Shown here piece by piece: positions 55,551 to 62,253 of a DNA stretch of 64,000 nucleotides. This DNA is from Candidatus Omnitrophota bacterium. Lineage in GTDB: Bacteria > Omnitrophota > Gorgyraeia > Gygaellales > Profunditerraquicolaceae. The position numbers and the translations under genes were made by a program. The first letter of the stretch is position 1. Every line of letters begins with the position of its first letter. The notes under the pieces are model-generated. The model saw nothing but the letters and a program-made list of their open reading frames with translations. It did not search any database and was not told where the DNA came from. The stretch spans positions 243 to 64,242 of the forward strand of contig JAPLLX010000007.1 in assembly GCA_026387335.1 (NCBI GenBank), in the 5' to 3' direction.

Positions 55551-57362
55551 ATGCTTAGATTGGGAAAACAGGTAGACCTCAAGATAATCATTACAATTGC
55601 CTCCATTTTAATTATAACTTTCTTTTCTTTTTATCCCTGCCTTAAAAATAATTTTACGAACTGGGACGACAATTCATATGTAACAAACAATACAAGCGTG
55701 CGTAATTTATCAACAGGCAATATAAGACGTATTTTTTCCTCTTTTTCTGTGGGCAATTATCAGCCCGCGGTTATCTTGTCCTATTTATTTGAATACCGCT
55801 TCTTTAAGTTGAAACCATTCGGGTATCATTTAACTAACCTTATACTGCACTTACTTAATTGTCTATTTGTGTTTTGGCTGTTTTATCTGCTTACCCGCAA
55901 GATCTCGGTTTCTTGGCTAACAGCCGTCCTCTTTGGCCTACACCCTTTACATGTGGAATCAGTCGCCTGGATCAGTGAGAGAAAAGACGTGCTTTACGCG
56001 TGTTTCTTCTTAGCTGCGCTTATTTGCTATTGTTATTACCTGCGGAAGGAAAAAATAGGAAAATATTATTATTCTTCTTTAATTTTATTTATTTTCTCTC
56101 TTCTATCAAAAGCAATGGCCATCACTTTGCCCGCCGTGCTGTTGCTTATAGATTATTTTTTGCATAGAAAGCGCAGTAAAACCGCGCTCCTGGATAAAAT
56201 TCCCTTCTTTATTCTCTCTTTTATATTCGGGATAATCGCTGCTATCGGCCAATACTCAAGCGGAGCCGTAAGGCAAGAGAGTTTACTTAATTTTGTGAAT
56301 AAAATCGCGGTTTCTAGCTACGGCATAATTTTTTATCTTAATAAAATATTAGTCCCGATCAAGCTTTCTTGTTTTTATCCTTATGCGGGAACAAAAGAAA
56401 TTTCCTTATTTCCCTATACTTTTATCACAGTTGTTATCCTGTTGGCCGCTGTAATTATTTCAAGTAAGCGCACAAGGAAAATTATTTTTGGCAGTTTTTT
56501 ATTTTTAATTACTATTTTACCCGTTTTACAATTTATACCAATAGGCAATATCATCGTTGCCGATCGTTATATTTATATCTCATCGTTAGGAATATTTTAT
56601 CTTATTTCCGAGGGGTTTATCTGGTTATGCGCTTTGAAAACAAAACACCTTTATTTTTTACAAAGTTTGATGATGTTGATAATTTTAACCGGCGCGCTAG
56701 GCATTTTGGCCACATTAACCTGGAAAAGATGCCAGGTCTGGAATAATAGTATAGTTTTGTGGAGTGATGTTTTGAAGAATTATCCTAATGAAGCGACTGC
56801 TTACAAAAACCGGGGAGTGGCCTACCGGGATCAAGGTAACTTTACGCAGGCCATCTCTGATTATAATCGGGCGATAGAACTTAATCCTAATGATGCCGAT
56901 CCTTACAACAACCGCGGAGTGGTCTACCGGGACCAGGGTAACTTTACGCAGGCAATCTCTGATTATAATAGGGCGATAGAACTTAAACCTAACTATGCCG
57001 ATGCTTACTACAACCGTGCCCTTGCTTATCAAGCCCAGGGTAGCCCCGCCCAGGCTATTTCTAATTTCAGTAAGGCCATTAAAATTGATTCCCATCTTGT
57101 TAAAGCTTACAACAACCGCGCGACAGCCTATGTTCAAGAAAAAAATTATGAACTGGCTTTATCCGATCTTAATAAGGCTATTGAAATTACCCCTAATGAT
57201 GGAGAGGTATTTTACAACCGGGCGGTAGTGCGTTTTTTAATGAAAGAATATGATAAGGCCTGGATGGATATTCATCGAGCAGAAGAATTGGGAGAAAAAG
57301 TAGACCCTAAGCTTATTGAATTGCTCCGGAAAGCCTCTAAAAACAAGGAATTGCCTCTCTAA
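55551..57362 (+). CDS. TMTC-like membrane protein: polytopic N-terminal domain (DUF1736-type motif) plus C-terminal TPR repeats
   Basis: ~11 TM helices with HPLHVESVAWISERKDVLY (DUF1736-like). The C-terminus has about six 34-aa TPR units (A..Y.NRG.AY...G....AI.DY..AIEL.P). Confidence 0.75.
   Translation: MLRLGKQVDLKIIITIASILIITFFSFYPCLKNNFTNWDDNSYVTNNTSVRNLSTGNIRRIFSSFSVGNYQPAVILSYLFEYRFFKLKPFGYHLTNLILHLLNCLFVFWLFYLLTRKISVSWLTAVLFGLHPLHVESVAWISERKDVLYACFFLAALICYCYYLRKEKIGKYYYSSLILFIFSLLSKAMAITLPAVLLLIDYFLHRKRSKTALLDKIPFFILSFIFGIIAAIGQYSSGAVRQESLLNFVNKIAVSSYGIIFYLNKILVPIKLSCFYPYAGTKEISLFPYTFITVVILLAAVIISSKRTRKIIFGSFLFLITILPVLQFIPIGNIIVADRYIYISSLGIFYLISEGFIWLCALKTKHLYFLQSLMMLIILTGALGILATLTWKRCQVWNNSIVLWSDVLKNYPNEATAYKNRGVAYRDQGNFTQAISDYNRAIELNPNDADPYNNRGVVYRDQGNFTQAISDYNRAIELKPNYADAYYNRALAYQAQGSPAQAISNFSKAIKIDSHLVKAYNNRATAYVQEKNYELALSDLNKAIEITPNDGEVFYNRAVVRFLMKEYDKAWMDIHRAEELGEKVDPKLIELLRKASKNKELPL
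56808..57011 (+). repeat. Two near-identical 102-bp tandem units encoding adjacent TPR repeats
   Basis: Units 56808-56909 and 56910-57011 align with roughly 90% identity by eye (NRGVAYRDQGNFTQAISDYNRAIELNPNDADPYN / NRGVVYRDQGNFTQAISDYNRAIELKPNYADAYY). Confidence 0.85.
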
Positions 57363-57443
57363 ACCCAGAATATTCTTGATATGAGGTATTGCGCATATAA
57401 TTAGGTTAATAAATTGAGAGAGACCCCAAAATTTTTTTAGATT

Positions 57444-57689
57444 ATGCCTTGGTCACTTTACATAGTTAAATGCCAAGATACATCCCTTTACACCGGCATC
57501 ACAACCGATATCCCCCGTCGGCTCAAAGAGCATAATGCCAAGAAGGGCGCGTTTTATACCAAGAATAAGATTCCGGTTGAGCTTGTGTACCAAGAGCCAA
57601 TGCGGAATCGCTCCGAAGCCCTTAAACGCGAATCCGCCATTAAGAAGCTGACAAGGAAACAAAAGCTGCAATTGTTACCCACTAAATAA
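57444..57689 (+). CDS. Small stand-alone GIY-YIG nuclease-domain protein (UPF0213-like)
   Basis: SLYIVKC.D.SLYTGITTD..RRL.EHN motif (GIY-YIG) and a conserved downstream Glu (EALKRE). Confidence 0.85.
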   Translation: MPWSLYIVKCQDTSLYTGITTDIPRRLKEHNAKKGAFYTKNKIPVELVYQEPMRNRSEALKRESAIKKLTRKQKLQLLPTK

Positions 57690-57738
57690 AATTCTGCGTT
57701 AGATTTTGCCACCTCCTCCGTCTATTTAAGTAGGGTAT

Positions 57739-58026
57739 ATGACTAATGCAATTTCGGTTGAAGTTATAGCTACAAAGATCTTAGAGATAAGAGGTAAAAA
57801 GGTTATGCTGGATAGCGATCTGGCTAAGCTTTATGGCGTAGAAACCAAAGTATTAATTCAGGCTGTAAGAAGAAATAAGGCGCGCTTCCCGCTCGACTTC
57901 ATGTATATACTCACAAGACAAGAGGTTATGAACTTGAGGTCACAAATTGTGACCTCAAGTTGGAGCGGGAGAAGAATTGAGTTATCTTCTTCGTTGTCAA
58001 GCCTACCCAAAAGTGCTATAATTTAA
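57739..58026 (+). pseudogene. ORF6N (KilA-N-related) domain gene, apparently truncated after the conserved LRSQ.VTSSW.GRR segment
   Basis: KVMLDSDLAKLYGVETKVLIQAVRRNKARFPLDFMY.LT..E..NLRSQIVTSSWSGRR matches the ORF6N pattern. The usual continuation (YLPYAFTE...) is absent in all frames. Confidence 0.6.
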
Positions 58027-58090
58027 CAACTTAGGAGAAAATATGTCTTTAGCTGAGTTTGCGATCACCTTATATTTATAACTATATTTA

Positions 58091-58117
58091 ACCCAGCCAC
58101 GTAGACTGGGTTTTTTT
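58091..58117 (+). terminator. Intrinsic terminator separating the ORF6N remnant from the MazG/DUF2075/HNH module
   Basis: Stem ACCCAG/CTGGGT (58091-58096 / 58106-58111) followed by a T7 tract. Confidence 0.7.
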
Positions 58118-58142
58118 GTTTCACTTTAGAAAAGGAGTTTTG

Positions 58143-58490
58143 ATGAACGAAATGAAAGAAATTACTGAAAAAATCAAGAAATTTAGAGATGAGCGTGACT
58201 GGATGCAATTTCATGATCCTAAGAATATGGCTGTTTCAATAATACTCGAAGCTTCTGAGCTGCTTGAGCATTTTCAATGGAAAACTACCGAAGAAGTAGA
58301 AAGATATTCAAGGAAAAATCTCGCTGAGATTAAGGATGAAATTGCAGACATAGCCTTATATCTTTTTGAATTAGCCGATAATCTCGGTATCAATTTAATT
58401 GATGCGATGGATCAAAAACTTAAAAAAAATGAAATGAAATATCCGGTGGAAAAAGCTAAAGGAAAGCATACAAAATACAATAAGCTATGA
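58143..58490 (+). CDS. MazG-like all-alpha nucleoside-triphosphate pyrophosphohydrolase (DCTPP1/YpjD-like)
   Basis: F...RDW.QFH.PKN....I..EA.EL.E.FQW......E...EIADI..YL..LA pattern with EExxE/D metal motifs. AAGGAG RBS before ATG 58143. Its stop overlaps the next start (ATGA at 58487-58490). Confidence 0.8.
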   Translation: MNEMKEITEKIKKFRDERDWMQFHDPKNMAVSIILEASELLEHFQWKTTEEVERYSRKNLAEIKDEIADIALYLFELADNLGINLIDAMDQKLKKNEMKYPVEKAKGKHTKYNKL

Positions 58491-60865
58491 GACTCTATGA
58501 GGGGTCAATCAAGGAATTTTCGGAAGACGTAATACATAATCGTATCGCAGATATATTAAAAGATAACTTTCTCGCCTACTATAGAAGACCACCCTCAGAA
58601 CCAGAATATCGTTCCTGGCAGCAGTCACTAAATTTCCTAAATAACGCATTCACGTATTCAGATTTATTGAATAATAAAATAATAGTGGAGTATGAATTAC
58701 CATATTCAACTCGGCGCATCGATGTGTTGGTGTTTGGGAAGAATAATTCAAATAAGGATAGTGTTGTTTTAATGGAGTTAAAGCAATGGTCTAATGAACA
58801 TGTCTATGATTGTGAAAATGAAGGTAATGTAATAATAGATTTTCTTGGTAAGAGAGAGGTAGCTCATCCTTGTTTACAAGTTGAAGGATATCATTTTGAT
58901 TTATTAGATTTTCTGTTGATTTTTAATAGTGATGACGCAGTGCAGCTAAATTCTTGCACATATTGTCACAATTATACTAAGCAAAAAGAAAACATACTCT
59001 CGCTCCCCAAATTCCATAAATTCACCAAGGCTTTTCCTCTGTTTCTCAAAGAAGATGTCAGAGAATTGGGCCTTTATTTGCAGGAGAGATTAAAGAATAG
59101 TGACGGGCTAGAAGTCTTTAGTCGTTTTTTAAATAGCCCTGTTCGACCTTCGAAAAGATTACTAGATCACACTGGCGATATGATTCATAAGCAGCAAATA
59201 TTTACGCTTATTGATGATCAAATCGCTGCTTATAATGCGATTATTAGCAAAGCTAAGCAGTTAACTAAGACAAGTACAAAGTCTATTATTGTTGTAAAGG
59301 GTGGTCCTGGAACAGGCAAGTCAGTAATTGCATTAGAAGTTATGGGCGAGCTGATGCGTCAGGGTAAGGTTGTATATCATGCTACCGGTTCATCCGCATT
59401 TACAAATACATTGAGAAAAATTGTTGGACGTAGAGCATCAAATCTCTTCAAATTCTTTTTTAACTTTACGCAGCACAAGGAGAACGAAATCGATGTTCTG
59501 ATATGCGATGAGGCCCATAGGATTAGGTCGGATAGCAATGATTATGGGGTGCCTTCTAAATTTAAATCAAAAAACCCTCAAATAGATGATCTTATAAGGC
59601 CCGCAAAGTTATCGATATTTTTTATAGATGAATTCCAGATTGTCCGTCCAAAGGAGATTGGTAGTGCTGAATTAATAAAAAGTTCAGCCGCTAAATTTGG
59701 CGTAAATGATAAAGACATTGTAGAATTCGAACTTAGGACGCAGTTCCGTTGTTCCGGGTCAGATGCATATTTACAGTGGTTAGACAAGCTACTGGAGATT
59801 AGAGAGTCTGATATAGATATTTTTGATGCAAAAATGGAGTTTAGAATTTTTGAAACTCCAGTAGATTTAAAAAGAGCAATTGATGAGAAAAATAGACACA
59901 AGGAGAATTTAGCTAGAATTGTTGCTGGTTTCTGTTGGAAATGGAGTGAACCGAATCCAGACGGTTCATTAGTAAAAGATGTTCAAATAGGTGACTTTCA
60001 AATGCCCTGGGAGAAGAAGGATGAATTTTGGAAGTGGGCTACTGATAAGAGTGGTATGGAGCAGGTTGGGACAGTCTATACAGCTCAAGGTTTTGAATTT
60101 GACTATATAGGTGTAATCTTTGGAGACGACCTCGTTTGGCGCAAAGATAAAGGTTGGATTAGTATTCCTGAGAATTCTTTTGATAAACAGGTTTTAAGAG
60201 GGAATCAAAAGCTAACTGATCATCTTAAACATGTTTATAGAGTGTTGATGTCGCGCGCTCATAAGGGAGTTTATTTGTATTTCATGGACAAAGAAACAGA
60301 AATGTTTTTTAGGACTAAGATTGAAAGCAGGGATGGCGCTTTGATGTTTTCTGATATTGTTAAAGAGGATGAAAAGCAGTCTAAAGAGCCAGTGCCGACG
60401 ATCCCGGAAAATCTGCAGTTTAGAGATTATCTCCCTATTTTATCACTTGAAGCGGTTGCAACGTCATTCGGTAAAGAAACACAGGTTGAACAAGAACCGA
60501 TTGGTTGGATCAAGGCCGATATCCCTAGAACTTTGAATAAAGACATGTTTGTTGCGAAAGTGGTAGGTAAGTCAATGGAACCGACTATTCCTGATGGAAG
60601 CTATTGCGTATTTCGCTTTGACAAAGGAGGGACCAGGAATGGATTAGCTGTCCTTGTGGAGTGTCATTTAATTTCTGACCCTGAAACGACGAGGCAGTTT
60701 ACAATAAAGCGGTATAAAAGCGAGAAAGAATATTTTGACGATGGGACATGGAGACATAAGAAAATAATTCTTTCTCCTGATAATAATGATTTTAAAGATA
60801 TCGTTTTGGAAGATGTGCCCGCTATCGAATTTCGAGTTGTAGCGGAGTTTATGTGTGTTTTATAA
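58487..60865 (+). CDS. DUF2075-type protein (N-terminal PD-(D/E)xK-like nuclease plus P-loop SF1-like helicase/ATPase) with C-terminal S24 LexA/UmuD-type peptidase domain
   Basis: N-terminus has SE.E.RSWQQSL and RRIDVLVFG...VLMELKQW (D...ELK). Walker A GGPGTGKS (aa 272-279), Walker B/DEAH ICDEAHR, helicase C-terminal motif TVYTAQGFEFDY. C-terminal aa ~645-792 have VVGKSMEPTIPDGSY (Ser codon 60572-60574) and FTIKRY (general-base Lys). Confidence 0.8.
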   Translation: MRLYEGSIKEFSEDVIHNRIADILKDNFLAYYRRPPSEPEYRSWQQSLNFLNNAFTYSDLLNNKIIVEYELPYSTRRIDVLVFGKNNSNKDSVVLMELKQWSNEHVYDCENEGNVIIDFLGKREVAHPCLQVEGYHFDLLDFLLIFNSDDAVQLNSCTYCHNYTKQKENILSLPKFHKFTKAFPLFLKEDVRELGLYLQERLKNSDGLEVFSRFLNSPVRPSKRLLDHTGDMIHKQQIFTLIDDQIAAYNAIISKAKQLTKTSTKSIIVVKGGPGTGKSVIALEVMGELMRQGKVVYHATGSSAFTNTLRKIVGRRASNLFKFFFNFTQHKENEIDVLICDEAHRIRSDSNDYGVPSKFKSKNPQIDDLIRPAKLSIFFIDEFQIVRPKEIGSAELIKSSAAKFGVNDKDIVEFELRTQFRCSGSDAYLQWLDKLLEIRESDIDIFDAKMEFRIFETPVDLKRAIDEKNRHKENLARIVAGFCWKWSEPNPDGSLVKDVQIGDFQMPWEKKDEFWKWATDKSGMEQVGTVYTAQGFEFDYIGVIFGDDLVWRKDKGWISIPENSFDKQVLRGNQKLTDHLKHVYRVLMSRAHKGVYLYFMDKETEMFFRTKIESRDGALMFSDIVKEDEKQSKEPVPTIPENLQFRDYLPILSLEAVATSFGKETQVEQEPIGWIKADIPRTLNKDMFVAKVVGKSMEPTIPDGSYCVFRFDKGGTRNGLAVLVECHLISDPETTRQFTIKRYKSEKEYFDDGTWRHKKIILSPDNNDFKDIVLEDVPAIEFRVVAEFMCVL

Positions 60866-60875
60866 TTTCTAAATA

Positions 60876-61571
60876 ATGTTTAAAGCCGGTGATGTAATTT
60901 CATACATTGAAATGTGCCAAGAAGAAGGTATAAGTCTTCAAAGAGGAATGAACTTTCGACTTAAAGGAAGACACAGTGTAATATTGATGAGTCTCAGACG
61001 CAATGCTCCATATGCTGATAAGGTTGAAGATAATGGCAAGACATTAATATACGAAGGTCATGATATCCCTCGGTTTAATAGAGCTCAAGATTCAAAGCTG
61101 GTTTCTCAACAAATGCAGAATCCCGGAGGTAGTTTAACTCAGAATGGGTTTTTTTATAAAGCAGCGCATGATTACAAAAATAAGAAGTCTGATGCAGAGC
61201 TAGTCAAGGTATATGAAAAAATTCATTCAGGAATATGGGCTTATAACGGTTTATTTAAACTAGTTGATTCGTGGCAAGAAGAATCGAATAAAAGAAAAGT
61301 ATTTAAATTCAGACTTGAAATAGATAAAATAAATTCTAAGGGCAAACAGCCAGAAAATTTTGATTTGGATCGTAACAGATTAATACCTGCATCTGTAAAG
61401 CTAGCGGTTTGGAAGAGGGATAAGGGGAAGTGTACTAAATGCGGCAGCCCTGATAATTTACATTTCGACCACATAATTCCTTATTCAAAAGGCGGGTCTT
61501 CTTTAGTTGCAGAAAACATTCAGTTGTTATGCGCAAGACATAATATTGAAAAGCGAGATAGGATTGAATAA
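60876..61571 (+). CDS. SRA (YDG)-like domain fused to HNH nuclease: type IV (modification-dependent) restriction endonuclease candidate
   Basis: N-terminus GMNFRLKGRHSVILMSLRRNAPYADKVEDNGKTLIYEGHD and VKVYEKI..GIWAYNGLFKLVDSWQEE..KRKVFKFRLE parallel the SRA blocks (GIHG..GAYSLVL.GGY.DD.D.G....YTGSGG; VRV.R.....YDGIYKVV.YW.E.G..G..V.RY.L.R). C-terminus CTKCG..DNLHFDHIIPYSKGG......NIQLLCARHN is an HNH motif. Confidence 0.75.
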   Translation: MFKAGDVISYIEMCQEEGISLQRGMNFRLKGRHSVILMSLRRNAPYADKVEDNGKTLIYEGHDIPRFNRAQDSKLVSQQMQNPGGSLTQNGFFYKAAHDYKNKKSDAELVKVYEKIHSGIWAYNGLFKLVDSWQEESNKRKVFKFRLEIDKINSKGKQPENFDLDRNRLIPASVKLAVWKRDKGKCTKCGSPDNLHFDHIIPYSKGGSSLVAENIQLLCARHNIEKRDRIE

Positions 61572-61657
61572 AGGTTATGAGATGGATAGCGCCGCTTCTA
61601 ATTTTTAGGAAGTAGAAATGCCAATAAAACTAGGGGATGCTTCGGGGGTTTTAAGAT

Positions 61658-62017
61658 ATGTTTGAACAGAAACATCAAAAAATAGCTCCGGTTTCGGTAT
61701 TCATAAGAAGAGTGGCTGTATATATTGGAATCGCCATTCTGGTGATTTTAATCGCCCTGTTCATTGGGGTTGCCGGATATCATTGGATAGCTGGTTTTAG
61801 TTGGGTTGATTCATTGCTAAATGCGTCTATGATCCTGGGTGGCATGGGTCCGGTAAACCTGTTGAGTAATGCAAGCGCAAAAGTATTCGCCTCCCTGTAC
61901 GCGCTTTTCAGCGGTCTTGTATTTATTGCCGTAATGGGAATAGTTTTTACGCCAATCGTGCATAGAATGCTCCATAAATTTCATATGGATGAAAAAGATT
62001 TAAAGGGTTCGATATAA
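61658..62017 (+). CDS. Small 2-TM membrane protein with K+-channel-like pore architecture (degenerate filter)
   Basis: TM1 (VAVYIGIAILVILIALFIGVAGY), pore-helix-like SWVDSLLNASMIL, loop GGMGP where channels have T(V/I)GYG, then TM2 (VFASLYALFSGLVFIAVMGIVF). Confidence 0.45.
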   Translation: MFEQKHQKIAPVSVFIRRVAVYIGIAILVILIALFIGVAGYHWIAGFSWVDSLLNASMILGGMGPVNLLSNASAKVFASLYALFSGLVFIAVMGIVFTPIVHRMLHKFHMDEKDLKGSI

Positions 62018-62033
62018 AGAGGGGAAATAATAC

Positions 62034-62061
62034 TTGACAAATAGAGAACAAGTGTTATACT
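62034..62061 (+). promoter_or_regulatory. Sigma-70-type promoter (TTGACA-N16-TATACT) upstream of the porin-amt genes
   Basis: TTGACA at 62034-62039 and TATACT at 62056-62061. Confidence 0.5.
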
Positions 62062-62094
62062 TTTAATAACAGCGATGTTAAAGAGGCACAGAAG

Positions 62095-62119
62095 CCCCAA
62101 AAATGTTTTGGGGTTTTTT
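62095..62119 (+). terminator. Intrinsic terminator-like hairpin ~35 nt downstream of the promoter (leader attenuator or tiny RNA)
   Basis: Perfect 8-bp stem CCCCAAAA/TTTTGGGG (62095-62102 / 62106-62113), loop ATG, then T6. Confidence 0.6.
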
Positions 62120-62253
62120 CATTTTTAAGGACAAGGACGCCCTTTTTAAGGCAAAAACGCTTTGAAAGGGGCTTATTTTTTATAGACGATGGCGTCTTAA
62201 ATCCAGCGATGGATCAACGACGCCTTTTTTGTTTAGGCGGGAAAAGGGGATAA

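Noticed and set aside
56715-57228. 140-aa minus-strand ORF and 77-aa + strand ORF within the TPR region. I also considered whether the 102-bp periodicity could be a CRISPR-like array.
   Set aside because: These are alternative-frame artefacts of the repetitive TPR coding sequence. The repeats are contiguous, in frame and encode TPR motifs, with no spacer/repeat structure. I found no CRISPR array anywhere in the window.
55243-61657. Calling the whole tRNA-His to HNH interval an integrative mobile element.
   Set aside because: I could find no integrase, recombinase or transposase gene and no flanking direct repeat of the tRNA 3' end. The TMTC-like and GIY-YIG genes may be core genes. Only the weaker statement of an accessory, lower-GC segment near a scarred tRNA locus is retained.
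62121-62253. A glutamine (glnA-type) riboswitch or a sigma-54 (TGGCAC-N5-TTGC) promoter upstream of the porin-amt genes, prompted by AAGGACGCC and GGCACA strings.
   Set aside because: The conserved ACGGAAGUAGG-type core of glutamine riboswitches is absent, and GGCAC is not followed by TTGC at the right spacing. Only generic hairpins are supported.
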